From: a virus
Virus record (IMG/VR): IMGVR_UViG_3300049033_000018
Span: 19,638-83,637 of that record
Direction: 5' to 3' (one strand)
Length of the DNA: 64,000 nucleotides
A program made the position numbers and the translations under genes. The first letter of the stretch is position 1. Every line of letters starts with the position of its first letter. Shown here one piece after another: positions 20,330 through 31,500 of this stretch. The notes under the pieces are model-generated. The model saw only the letters and a program-made list of their open reading frames with translations, did not search any database and had not been told where the DNA came from.

Positions 20330-21729
20330 TGCCAAGATTAAAAGATAAAGATGGTACACCAGCATGGAAGTGGAATAGAAAAGCTTCTAGTGTAAATGTT
20401 GCTAATTTAAATTCAAATATAATCCAATACTTGGACACCTTACCACAAGGTGTTCAAGATAGGATTTTAGCAACTTCTGGGAATGATTCTGGACATGCAA
20501 AAACAAGCAGGCATTATTCTAATAATGCTATTGATTTAAGATTTGACCAAGAGATTTGGAATCACATTGAAAAAGACCCAAATAGATTGAAATATGGATT
20601 AACCCTTATTGACCCAAATCATGGTTCAGGGAAGCACATTCATCTTAGTCATGGAGATGGTACAGAGAATAAAAAAGATGTATGGATGAATCCGTTTTCT
20701 CCCCAAGCCAAAGATATGATTGGAATGCAAGATAATTCAAACACTGCAAATTATAAACCTACTTTAGTAGGAACTAGTAATACTCAGATTTTTGTAGAAG
20801 ATAACTCTCAGAGAGATGCTTTATTAAAAGGAATACAAGACCAAATTAGATTAGATTCAGAATTAGACACACAACAAAAACAACTTATTGCTCAAGAGCA
20901 AGCAAGACAGCAAGCTTTATTCGAAAAAACTCAAGAGAGAAATAATATCTTAGATGCTATTGGTAGCAATAATTTGAATTTTGAAGGAAGAAATTATAAA
21001 CCAAATCAGAATTTTGCTGAAGGAGGTGTAGTAGATGGTTTAGATGAGGATATTAATTTTATGATAGAATCAATAAAAGCCGATACTCCTAATTTTGAAA
21101 CTCCAGAATATTTGTCATTAGTTCAGGAAAATGAAGCTACACAGGGTAGACTAGCCAGAAGTATGGAAGCATATGACTCTGTGTTATCACAGTTTAAATC
21201 TCAGCAGCCTACCATTGTAAATAATGAGACCTATGGAGCTGTTCCAGTTCCAGGAGTACCTCAAAGTTCAGTATCAGCTTCACCAGAGAAAGTTTCAGAA
21301 TTACCCTCAACAAAAGGATTAATTTATTCTGAATTAAAAAATTTAGGTTTAAACGATATTCAAGTTTCAGGTGTAATTGGTTCATTAGGGGGAGAGTCAC
21401 ATGAAAGTATTTCTCATACAGCTAAGAATCCATCTTCAGGTGCATTTGGTATAGCTCAATGGTTAGGACCAAGATATAGAAATTTAGTTAAATTTGCTAA
21501 TGAGCAAGGACTGGATTATCAGAGTCCAGAGGCTCAAGTGAAGTTTCTTGTAAGTGAATTAAAAGGAAGTGAAAGAGGGGCTTTAAATAGTATTTTAAAA
21601 GCAAAATCTATTCCTGAGGCTACAGAAATTTGGACAAGAAAGTTTGAAAGACCTAGTGAAAAGGAAATCAGAGGCTCATTGGGAAAAAGAGTTAGTTTTG
21701 CCCAAAATTTTTTAAATAGCATAAGTTAA
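20329..21729 (+). CDS. Virion-associated peptidoglycan hydrolase: N-terminal M15/LAS-type peptidase plus C-terminal phage tail lysozyme
   Basis: SRHYSNNAIDL...HIHLS (H-x6-D, HxH zinc ligands); C-terminal GSLGGES...GAFGIAQWLGPR...QVKFLVSEL...FERP (Phage_lysozyme2-like). Confidence 0.8.
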   Translation: MPRLKDKDGTPAWKWNRKASSVNVANLNSNIIQYLDTLPQGVQDRILATSGNDSGHAKTSRHYSNNAIDLRFDQEIWNHIEKDPNRLKYGLTLIDPNHGSGKHIHLSHGDGTENKKDVWMNPFSPQAKDMIGMQDNSNTANYKPTLVGTSNTQIFVEDNSQRDALLKGIQDQIRLDSELDTQQKQLIAQEQARQQALFEKTQERNNILDAIGSNNLNFEGRNYKPNQNFAEGGVVDGLDEDINFMIESIKADTPNFETPEYLSLVQENEATQGRLARSMEAYDSVLSQFKSQQPTIVNNETYGAVPVPGVPQSSVSASPEKVSELPSTKGLIYSELKNLGLNDIQVSGVIGSLGGESHESISHTAKNPSSGAFGIAQWLGPRYRNLVKFANEQGLDYQSPEAQVKFLVSELKGSERGALNSILKAKSIPEATEIWTRKFERPSEKEIRGSLGKRVSFAQNFLNSIS

Positions 21730-21761
21730 GAGTTTTCTTTATACTTTTTATTTTTTGTTAT

Positions 21762-21779
21762 TTTTTTCTTAACTTTGTA
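21762..21779 (+). promoter_or_regulatory. Promoter, -7 box only
   Basis: T-tract plus TAACTTTG (21770-77) 13 nt before the GTG start; no correctly spaced -33 box seen. Confidence 0.55.
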
Positions 21780-21790
21780 AAAAATTTAAT

Positions 21791-24700
21791 GTGATAGATA
21801 TTTCGAAAATATATAAAAAACTAAAGGATAGCGAATTGGAATTCTTCCAAGACGGAGGTCCTTATGACCCATATACTGATGTTCCAGAGGGAGCATTAGA
21901 GAGTCAATATTTAGGAGAAGATACTTTATCTATTCCTTTTCCTATCCCATCACAAAGAGACATAGACTATGCCTTAAATTATGATGGAAATTCTGGTTTG
22001 ACACCAATTGACCAGTCAACTACTCCAGGAGTGATGGTTCCTAATATTGACATTTCCCAAAATAACACAAGTTCAGTATTTAGAAGAGTTGATACATCAC
22101 CAGAAGAATTAGGAACTTTAGCAGATGAATTAAAAGCTAAGTTAGGAATTTCTGTTCCTACTAATAATTCTATGATTCCATCTTCAGGTACAGGTACTTC
22201 AAGTGTGGCTCCTTCTCCATCTTTGGATTCGCAAAATTATGATGCTTTGTCTTTTGGAGAAGCTTTTAGACAGGCTAGAAGTAAAGTAGGTAGTTCAGGA
22301 ACATTTGAATATAAGGGGAAAAGATATACTACAGCAGCAGCTAGTGATAACAAGCCCTCTACAGGAGCTACAACTCCTAGAGCTTCTACGGGTAGTAGAG
22401 GTAGTTCAACAAACGGATTATCAGGAGAACAAATTGACTATAATAATTTAGTAAATATTTTAAGTAATAATCCATCAATAGAGGCACTAAGAAATTATAG
22501 TCCTCAAATGTTAAGAACTGCTTTAGGTAATAATGAAGGGTCAGGAGAAGCTCAAACTCTATTAAGACAAGCTTTGGGGTCCCCTTCATCAAGCTCAGGG
22601 GCTGAAAAAATACCTCAAGAACTAATTAATAAATTATCTGATATAGGTCTTCCTAAAAAGAGAGCTGCTACACAACAACCAGCCTCAACAAATACTGAAA
22701 AAATAACAGAGGGATATGACCCTAAAACAGACACTTTTACAGTAAATGGTAACTCATATACAAGAGCAAGATTAAATGCTGTAAATGCCCAGTTAGAAAA
22801 GTCTATAGAAGGGGGTGAATCTAAACATGGATTCGCTAAAATTTATAAGACTCAACAAATAATTAATAGGAATAAAAAATTAATTGATAATGCTCAAAAT
22901 TTTAAAAATGAGCAAAAAGTAAATGATATGAAATATGATTCTGCTTCTGGGTCTATTATCTTTAATGGTAAAAGATTTAATGTGAATAACAAAAGTGAGC
23001 AGGATAAATTAACTTCTATGTTAAGTGACTTACCATTATTTGGTAGAGGTAATTATGGTAGTGCATATGATAAGTACAATAAAATAAAAAACTCGATTAA
23101 CAAAGTTCAGAAGAAAGAATTAGGAGGAGAAATAGAGGAATTTGCTATAGGGGGACCACTTCCTGTACCTAATTTTCCACAATTTCCTAATTTATCTTCA
23201 GTTGTAGACCCAACTACAGGACAGGTTGCTACTACATCACCAATGCAACCAACGCCTCAATTTGCTTTGACTCCAGAAATGGATGCAAGAATTCAAGCTT
23301 CAGGACAAAATCAGTTTCAAAGTTTCATTGGTGACAATGGACAAATGAGAATTCAAACTGATGCTGATAAAGGTTTAAATATTTTAACAGCTCAAAGCGA
23401 TTTAGATAGATATTATATTGACCCTAAGACAAATCAGTTGTCACCAATTACTATTAAACAAGGTCAAAATTATGATGGGGGACTTGATGCACTGTATGAT
23501 ACGACTTTAAAGCAAGGAGGACCAAATGGAAATAGTACTTCTAATCCAGCTTTAAGTATGTTAGGAATGTTACAAAATCAACAATCTTATGATGTTCCTG
23601 AAGATTTAAGGATGCTTGGACAATCATTAGCTTTTAATGCTAATAAAAATGCTAAATACACTAATGATATTGATAGGGGTATTGCTACTGGTTTAAATGT
23701 TACTAGAGGAGTAGCTGCTGGTCTTGATGCATTAGTTGGAGGAGCTAGAGAACTTTATTCAGGGTATGCAGGGCAACAAAGACAACAAAATGTAGAGGAT
23801 AATTTCTATAGAAGACAAAGAAGAGCTTTAGAAAATCAGCAAATTAGATATGCTAATGGAGGAGAGGTTGTTCAGCATTTATTGTCTATGTTTGCCGAAG
23901 GAGGACAAAATCCAAATGATTTATCTGCTGCTTTTGGGGAGCAAGATAAAAGACCTGATTTATCAGAAGAAGAACTTTTAACAGGAGAATACATTCAACA
24001 AGCTCTACCTCAAGCAGGAGTTAGACCTAATGCCGAATTAGAGAATAAAGAATTTGTTCAACATAATGATGGAGAAGTTCAAGAAGTTGTAGGTAGAACT
24101 CATAGTCAAGGGGGTGAGAGATTAGCTCTAGACCCAGGAACAACAGTTATTTCAGACAAAGTTAAATTGGGAGCTAAAAATGCTAAAACAATTAACAAAG
24201 AATTTGATTTAGGAGTTAAAGCAGGAGATACATATGCTTCAGTAGTTGCTAAATACACTAAGAAAATTGGTTTATCTAAACTTAATGATGAACAAGAAGG
24301 ATATTTTACTCAATTACAAAAAGTTTCAGAGACTGCTCTGGCTGATAAATATGGTAAAAATAGTGAGACATCTGAATTAAATAATTCATTTTTATCTCAA
24401 AAGATAAATGATTTGGAACAACAAAAAGCATTTGTAGAAGATTCTAGGTCTCAATTCACTGAGTTTATTTATAACTTACAGGAAGGTTCCAAACCTAAAA
24501 GAGAAGAAGATGCTGAGGTTATGGCAAAAGGTGGAGAAATTTCTCATCATGCATTAGGAGACCAAGTTCCAGGAGGACCAGATGAGCCGATGACTTTAGA
24601 CCAATTAATTGCTTTGAATAATACTATTGGTACAAACTCAAAAGACCCTAGTATTGGTGGGAACTTATGGGATGCTTTATATTATCAACCAATGAATAAA

Positions 24701-25900
24701 TGGCAACAGAATTTAGGGTTAGACCCAACAAACAGAAGTACCCATTTAGACTATCAAAAAGATGTAGTTAATTTACTTAATCCTCAATTAAAAAAATTAA
24801 TTGAAAATGGAGAAATGGGATTAACTAATAAACATAGAGCTTTATTAAAAGAAGCAGGTATTAAAGATGCAGGGAGTAAAACTTCCTTCAAACAATTAAC
24901 AGATGCTGATAAGAAAAAGATTTCTAATATTGATGATTTTGTAACTCAAGGATATGAAGATGGATTAGCAGGACATAGGGGAGTAACGGTATTACCAGGA
25001 GATTTAGATGAGGAAGCTTATAATAAATTAACAGGAGCATATGACAAGTTGACAGATGCTGATGGTAGAAAGATTTATGCTAAGTATAACGAAGACGGAA
25101 CTATTCAAAAGACTAAGGATGGTAAAGTAGTGTTTTACTACCCACAAACAGGTCAAAAAGTTCCTGAAACTAAAACTCCAGCAACTAATACCCCTCAACC
25201 ATTTGTAGCTCCTAAAAGGACTCCATATCAGGCTCCTTTCTTACCATCTCAAAGACCTGTTGCACCAACACCAGCTTCTCCAGTTCCAGTTTATCAAACT
25301 AGACTAGATAGATTAGACCCAGTAAGATTAGGATATGACCAACAAGTATCTGAGATTAACAGACAAGCAAGTGCGGTAGCATCTCAATTTGATGGATTAA
25401 CAGATTCTCAAAGAGCTTCTGCTTTAACGAATCTTTCAGCCAATACTCAAAAGAATGTAGCTGATGTGGTAAATAATGTAGCTGTTCAAAATGCAATGAA
25501 TCAATTCCAAGTTCAAGGAGCTAATTTACAACAATCAAATGCAGAAGAACAAGCTAGATTAAATAATGCTAGATACTCTGATGAGTTATGGATGAAAACT
25601 GAAGCTAATCAAGAGGCGGATAACAGAGATTATCAGGAAGCACTTCAAAGAATTCAATTAGGTAGGTTTAGATATTTAACAAAAGATAGACAAATCCATG
25701 ATATGATAGAAAATTTTAAAGTAGGACCTGATGGAGGGCTTGATTTTGACCAAGGTTCTGCTGTTCCATTAACAACTACAGCTACTGGAGATACAGTAAT
25801 GCAAGATATGTATGGTAGAACTAAAGTAGTGAAAACTACTAAAACAGATAAAAATGGAAATGTAGTTGGTGGAACTACCACTGTTACAAAAAAACCATAA
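21791..25900 (+). CDS. Cargo/ejection protein, 1369 aa
   Basis: Low-complexity and Cys-free; ELENKEF...GRTHSQGG...ISD block and repeated xxGG motifs as seen in crAss-like cargo proteins. Confidence 0.6.
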   Translation: MIDISKIYKKLKDSELEFFQDGGPYDPYTDVPEGALESQYLGEDTLSIPFPIPSQRDIDYALNYDGNSGLTPIDQSTTPGVMVPNIDISQNNTSSVFRRVDTSPEELGTLADELKAKLGISVPTNNSMIPSSGTGTSSVAPSPSLDSQNYDALSFGEAFRQARSKVGSSGTFEYKGKRYTTAAASDNKPSTGATTPRASTGSRGSSTNGLSGEQIDYNNLVNILSNNPSIEALRNYSPQMLRTALGNNEGSGEAQTLLRQALGSPSSSSGAEKIPQELINKLSDIGLPKKRAATQQPASTNTEKITEGYDPKTDTFTVNGNSYTRARLNAVNAQLEKSIEGGESKHGFAKIYKTQQIINRNKKLIDNAQNFKNEQKVNDMKYDSASGSIIFNGKRFNVNNKSEQDKLTSMLSDLPLFGRGNYGSAYDKYNKIKNSINKVQKKELGGEIEEFAIGGPLPVPNFPQFPNLSSVVDPTTGQVATTSPMQPTPQFALTPEMDARIQASGQNQFQSFIGDNGQMRIQTDADKGLNILTAQSDLDRYYIDPKTNQLSPITIKQGQNYDGGLDALYDTTLKQGGPNGNSTSNPALSMLGMLQNQQSYDVPEDLRMLGQSLAFNANKNAKYTNDIDRGIATGLNVTRGVAAGLDALVGGARELYSGYAGQQRQQNVEDNFYRRQRRALENQQIRYANGGEVVQHLLSMFAEGGQNPNDLSAAFGEQDKRPDLSEEELLTGEYIQQALPQAGVRPNAELENKEFVQHNDGEVQEVVGRTHSQGGERLALDPGTTVISDKVKLGAKNAKTINKEFDLGVKAGDTYASVVAKYTKKIGLSKLNDEQEGYFTQLQKVSETALADKYGKNSETSELNNSFLSQKINDLEQQKAFVEDSRSQFTEFIYNLQEGSKPKREEDAEVMAKGGEISHHALGDQVPGGPDEPMTLDQLIALNNTIGTNSKDPSIGGNLWDALYYQPMNKWQQNLGLDPTNRSTHLDYQKDVVNLLNPQLKKLIENGEMGLTNKHRALLKEAGIKDAGSKTSFKQLTDADKKKISNIDDFVTQGYEDGLAGHRGVTVLPGDLDEEAYNKLTGAYDKLTDADGRKIYAKYNEDGTIQKTKDGKVVFYYPQTGQKVPETKTPATNTPQPFVAPKRTPYQAPFLPSQRPVAPTPASPVPVYQTRLDRLDPVRLGYDQQVSEINRQASAVASQFDGLTDSQRASALTNLSANTQKNVADVVNNVAVQNAMNQFQVQGANLQQSNAEEQARLNNARYSDELWMKTEANQEADNRDYQEALQRIQLGRFRYLTKDRQIHDMIENFKVGPDGGLDFDQGSAVPLTTTATGDTVMQDMYGRTKVVKTTKTDKNGNVVGGTTTVTKKP

Positions 25901-25917
25901 CAATTTTTTTCATAGAT

Positions 25918-25950
25918 TTTGATTTGTCAAAATTTTTTCTTATATTTGCA
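25918..25950 (+). promoter_or_regulatory. Bacteroidota-type promoter
   Basis: TTTG (25918-21), 19 nt, TATATTTG (25941-48). Confidence 0.8.
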
Positions 25951-25980
25951 GTCTTATTTATACAAGGCTGCATTTTTATT
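25947..25980 (+). terminator. Intrinsic terminator overlapping the promoter -7 box and start site
   Basis: TGCAGTCTT-N8-AAGGCTGCA followed by TTTTTATTTT. Confidence 0.6.
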
Positions 25981-26014
25981 TTGTAGTTAATAATTATTTT
26001 TAGAATATATTTAA

Positions 26015-28573
26015 ATGGCTAATGCATTTTCAGTTTTTAGAGCAAGACAAGGGTGGATAGACCCAACAGACCAGGACTTCACTTTGAAGGCTCTTATGTT
26101 TAAACAACAGAAGTATGATGCTAACCAAGCTAAAGTCCAATCAATTATAGATAAATACCAATCTCTTCAAGTAGCAAGGGGTGTAGATAAAGAGTATTTA
26201 AATTCAAAACTATCTCAATTAGTTGGGTCAGCAAATGCTTTAGGACCTCAGGATTTATCATCAAACGCAGTAACTTCATCCATCACTAACCATTTAGGTC
26301 AAGTTTTGGATGATAATGTTATGACTGCAATTGGAGAAACAGCAAAGATTAGAAATTATCAGAATGAGATGGCTCAAATAAAAGAGAAACATCCTGAATT
26401 ATATAATCCTTTGAATGAAGCTTACGGTTTAGCACCAGCTCAACAATATTTACAAAGCTCAGATTTAGGAGCTAAAATACAAGGTAATTTATCATACACT
26501 CCTTATCAAGATGTTGAAGGGGATGTTAATAAATTCTTAATGGAAATTCAAAAGAATTCCAAAGATGGCGTTACCATGATGCCAAATCCAAATGCTCCAG
26601 GGCAAATGATTGAAGTAACTTTAAATGGTAAAAGTGCTAATGAACTTAGACAAATTGCTATGGGTTATATTGGTAATAGATACGATAATCAGTTGAAAAT
26701 AAATACATGGGGGGGAACAAATGGGTTTAGAGATATTGAATCTAGACTGGAACCCACTCTTACTGGATACACAAATTTGATTAACCAAAAATCTAAAGAA
26801 CTTGCTGATGCAAAATCTAGGTTGACTGGGAATTTAACAGCAGAAGAAAAATCAGCATTACAAGACCAAGTAAAATCATTAGAGAATGAGGTATTATCAG
26901 CTTCTTCTATGAGAGATGGAATTGAAAGAGACCCAGTAAGCTCTTTAGTTTTCTTAGAAAAGGAGAAAATTGCTAATAGGTCAGGGTTGGCTTTAGGTAT
27001 GCTTCAAACTAGGTCTGTAGAATATAAGAAAGATGATTATTATTTTTCAGTATTAGATAATGCTAGAGAGGATAGAAAAGAAGCTTTTGACATTCAAAAG
27101 TATAATAATGATACTGCAATTAAAAGCAGAGAGTTAGAGTTGAGAGAAATGGAGATAGGAATTAAAGCTGCTAAAGGAAGTAAAGATTCGGATTCGGATT
27201 CCACTTCTTCAGGGGGCACAAGTAATCTTACTAATCTTATTCTAGAAGATACTAATCCAGCAGAAGCTTTACCAGAACAATTAGAATCAGCTCACAACTC
27301 TTGGAAACAATCTATTAGTGATAAATATCAAGCTCAAAATAATTTTGCAAGGCAAATTATGAATACAGTTAATGATATTGCTTCTGGTAGAAATAGAGCT
27401 GTCAATGAAGACCAAAGACAGGCTGCTATTGCTGCTGTAAACCAATTCAAACAGAATGGAGGTAAGATGGATACAATGAGTGCTGCTCAGGCTCAAAATT
27501 TCATGAAGTTAATGTCTAGAGCAGATGCATTCAGTGCGCTTGATTTCTTACCTGTAGATAATGGTAGACTTGTACAAGTGAAGCAAACATATACTGATTT
27601 ATTTAATGATTGGAGCCAATCAGCAAATGGATATAGAAATGCTAAAGCTCAAGCTCAAAAAGCTGAGGCTTCAGGAATGAAAAGAGGATTTGCTTCTAAT
27701 GAGATGTTTGTTGAAACAGCTAAAAAACTTGCTCCAGGTATTTATACGGATAGAGTAGCAAATGCAGTTGTAACAAAGAAAAATAAAGGAGAACTCCAAA
27801 CTTTAATCTCTATGTCAGATGAAGCAAAAGGTTCAGCAGAAGTTCCTATTTTAGAAGATGATTCTGCATTTAAAATAAAAGATTTAAAAAATGGTAAATT
27901 TGAAATTACTTATTTTTCCAAATCTAAAGATTCAGATAAAAATAATGTAATTGTTCCTAATACAGTAACAGTTGCTAAAGAAAATGCTTATAGAATTATT
28001 CCTTCTTTAAGCCAAGGTAGAACAGAAGAAGATAGATACAGATTAGCAACTTTAGGTACAAAACCTTTATATTCAACTAATCTAAAATTTTTAGATGCTA
28101 ATTCAACAAATTATGATAATTATGTTGATACTGCTAAAACTTTTGCTACTACTCCTTATGATTTAAATTTTATTGATAGTAATAATGCCAAACAAACTAT
28201 TAAACAACAGCTAGGAATAACAGGACTAAGAAAACCAGAAGAAAGAGAGATGATGAACAGTTTAGTTGATACATTACTTTCAGATGAAGTTATGAGTAAA
28301 TATAAAACTTCTGTATATTTTAATCATTCTGCTATTTCAAGTAATGGAAAAGGTTATATTAGTGTTGTTAATAAAAAAGGAGATAAGATAGCTACTTTAA
28401 ATTTAGGAGAAAAAAGAAGTTTAGATAAAGAGGTAAAGCAAAATGAATGGTTACCTCAAATAAATTATTCTAAAGTAGTTGGAAGTGAATTAAGAAAAGT
28501 ATTGTTAAATTATCAAACAACAGGAAAATTGGAGTTAACTCCAGAAATACAAAAATTATTATCGAATGGCTAG
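26015..28573 (+). CDS. Cargo/ejection protein, 852 aa
   Basis: Helical and Cys-free; N-terminal ...LMFKQQKYDANQ block; located in the cargo cluster. Confidence 0.55.
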   Translation: MANAFSVFRARQGWIDPTDQDFTLKALMFKQQKYDANQAKVQSIIDKYQSLQVARGVDKEYLNSKLSQLVGSANALGPQDLSSNAVTSSITNHLGQVLDDNVMTAIGETAKIRNYQNEMAQIKEKHPELYNPLNEAYGLAPAQQYLQSSDLGAKIQGNLSYTPYQDVEGDVNKFLMEIQKNSKDGVTMMPNPNAPGQMIEVTLNGKSANELRQIAMGYIGNRYDNQLKINTWGGTNGFRDIESRLEPTLTGYTNLINQKSKELADAKSRLTGNLTAEEKSALQDQVKSLENEVLSASSMRDGIERDPVSSLVFLEKEKIANRSGLALGMLQTRSVEYKKDDYYFSVLDNAREDRKEAFDIQKYNNDTAIKSRELELREMEIGIKAAKGSKDSDSDSTSSGGTSNLTNLILEDTNPAEALPEQLESAHNSWKQSISDKYQAQNNFARQIMNTVNDIASGRNRAVNEDQRQAAIAAVNQFKQNGGKMDTMSAAQAQNFMKLMSRADAFSALDFLPVDNGRLVQVKQTYTDLFNDWSQSANGYRNAKAQAQKAEASGMKRGFASNEMFVETAKKLAPGIYTDRVANAVVTKKNKGELQTLISMSDEAKGSAEVPILEDDSAFKIKDLKNGKFEITYFSKSKDSDKNNVIVPNTVTVAKENAYRIIPSLSQGRTEEDRYRLATLGTKPLYSTNLKFLDANSTNYDNYVDTAKTFATTPYDLNFIDSNNAKQTIKQQLGITGLRKPEEREMMNSLVDTLLSDEVMSKYKTSVYFNHSAISSNGKGYISVVNKKGDKIATLNLGEKRSLDKEVKQNEWLPQINYSKVVGSELRKVLLNYQTTGKLELTPEIQKLLSNG

Positions 28574-31500
28574 TACACCACAAGACTTATATAACGCTTC
28601 ACCATCAGGAATTGACCCAGTAATCGCTATGACTTCAAATGGAGTAAGTGAGAATATGGCTTTGACAGAAAATATTTTAAACAACCCGATTTCATATGAT
28701 TTCGGGGAGGAATCTTTATCCCAATCTTTGAAAAGAGTTTCTGAATTAAAAGTTGTTGACTTCAATTCTATCTATAAGCCAACTTTAAATCTTGGTAATA
28801 TTGGTATTGATGGGAGTGGTGCTTCTGGTAGTAGAGGTAAAATTGACCCATTTAGTTCTCCAGACGATAATACTTTCTCTTGGATTGGAGATAGAATTAA
28901 TGTGGATGAATACTATAACCAAATGAGTGAAGATTGGGCTAATCTTGATAAAGATAATGCAGGACTTATTGGTACAGGAGGTGGTATTGTAGCAGGAGCA
29001 GCAACAGGAGCAGCAATAGGTTCACTTGGTGGACCAATAGGTGCAGCTATTGGGGGAGTAGTTGGAGGAATACTTGGGGGAATAGAAGGTAATCAAGTAT
29101 CTAAAAATATTGGTTATGGTTACGTCAGAAACAAGTTCGGATTTGATGAACAAGCTAAGTATAACCAACAGGGATTTTGGGGCAGAGCTGGAGCAGGGTT
29201 AATGAATATGGTTCACTCAGCAGATAGTTTAACTTTAGGAACTCTAGGAACAATAGCTTATCTTCCACAATCTATTTCAGAAAGAAGTTTAAATGTTTTA
29301 TTCAATAATGATTTTACTAAATTATTGGATGATTATGATAAAAGTTCACAAAGTTCTAATAGGATTTACCACTCAACAGATTATGATAACTCTTCATTAA
29401 TTGGAAAGTTAGCTCATAGTGAAATGTGGTTTGAACAAGTAGCTCCAGCCGTGGGATTCATGATTGGAGCTATTGGTGTTGGTAGAGCTACGGGACTTGG
29501 TTTAGGTGCTGTAGGATTAGGAGGAGCTGGAACAGGGGCTGCTGGTAGAGCATTTTTAGCTGAAACCATTGGAGCTGCTGCTAAAGGTGAAACTCAAGCA
29601 TTAGGTAGACAGGCTTTACTTAATGGTTTCAAACAGGCTGCTAGACAAGAACTTAGAAACCAAACATTTAAGTCAATGGCTGGAAATATGGTAACACTTT
29701 TAACAAGTGCATCTCCAGAATCAGGTCTTGAAGCAAGAGGAGCAATGAATGAAGCTCAGGAAAACTATATTAAAGCTTATAACAATGCATATGGTAGACT
29801 TCCTTCTTCAGAGGAAATTGCTAATTTTGATGTAGCTAATAAAGAATCAGGAAATGGTGTTTTTGCAGCTAATTTAGCTGTGGTAGGATTATCTAACTGG
29901 TTACAATTTGGTGATGCTATGGGTCTAAATAAGGTTGTTAAAAAGGGTCTTTTAGATGATTCTATTAACAAAGTATTTGGATTAGGAATTAAGAAAACTG
30001 TTGGCGATGTCTCAGAAAAAGGTATTCAATCTGCTGTATGGGAAGCTGTACAGAGAACTAAACTTCAAAAGTTAGGGTATAGAGCTTTAAAAGCTTTACA
30101 AGCCCCTGCAACGGAAGGTCTTTGGGAAGAAGGTATTCAACATGTTATTTCTGATACACATAAAAATTATCTAGAATCCAGATTTAATCCACAAGCAACA
30201 GAAATTAATAAATCTCTTTTAAATGCTTTTGGAGAATCCTTTGTTAATACATATACCTCAGAAGCAGGGTGGAATGATATTATGATTGGGATGATTGTTG
30301 GTGCTGGAGGAACTGTAAGAGCAAGAGGAGGATTTGATATTTTAAATCAAAGACAGGTAGGAAGAGAAGAAAGAGCCATTGCAGGGAATGTTCAGAACTT
30401 AAATGAAACTCAAAATGAGCTTATTTCTGCTCATGAGGATTATTTAAGTAAACAAGCAATTTATAATAACTTAGCAAATGTTTCAACAGCAAGATTAAGT
30501 GATAAAATTGGTGCTTTAAATCAACAGGTTATAAATTCAGATTTAAGTAAAAAATATATAGCAAGTGGTAATCTTGAACAAGCTCAATTGGCTTATCAAA
30601 ATTCATTATTTGCTAAACTATCAGCAGAAAAAAGAGCAGGGTTATCTGAATCTAATAAATTTGATTTGGATATGATGGTTGAAAATATTCCAGAAGATGC
30701 ATTAACAAATCTGTATAATTTTAGAACTCCTGAACAAATAGCTCAATTTAAACAAGAAACTCAAACTAATTTAAATAATTTAGTTGAATCCTTTGATGCA
30801 GCCTATGAGATGGCAGAATCCCTTAATATTGGAACTAATTCAGGAAATTTCTCACCAGCTCAGGTAACTGAAATGGCAGCATTAAATTTTTTCCATGGAA
30901 TGCATTCTGCTGACAATGCTAATAACATTGCCCAAGCTTTAGAACAAACTACAGGGATAAATGGTATTGCAGATGCTATGAATTATTATTCTAATTTAAC
31001 TGGAGTACAGCAAAGAAGAATGGGGGAACTAGAAGACCTTCAAAAGCAGTTGACTGAATTAGAATCAAAACACAATGATTTATTAAATAGTTTTTCAACT
31101 GAGATTAATAAACCGCAAAGAGAAGGTGAAAATGAAGTTGTAGTAACTCAATTAGATAGAACCAATAATGCTATTGCAGGAGTACAAAGTGAAATAGAAA
31201 GTGTTAATAATAGAATCAATACTTTAACTAACATTTTAAATTCAAAAGAATCTATTCCAGAATTTCCTTTTTCTAATCCTGCAATAAAATACTTTGATGC
31301 TGTTAATTTGACATTAGCAGATAACGAAGCATCTAATGTATTAGGTAATATGCAAAGTTTAGACAGATATGTTGAACATTTGTTAGACACTACTGAAAAA
31401 ACAGAAGATGAAATATCTATTGATAGAAATAAAGCAGATATGCTTCAAAGCTTAGTAGGTGCTTATAAAGCTCAGATGGCTTTGATGAGAAATTTTGCCA

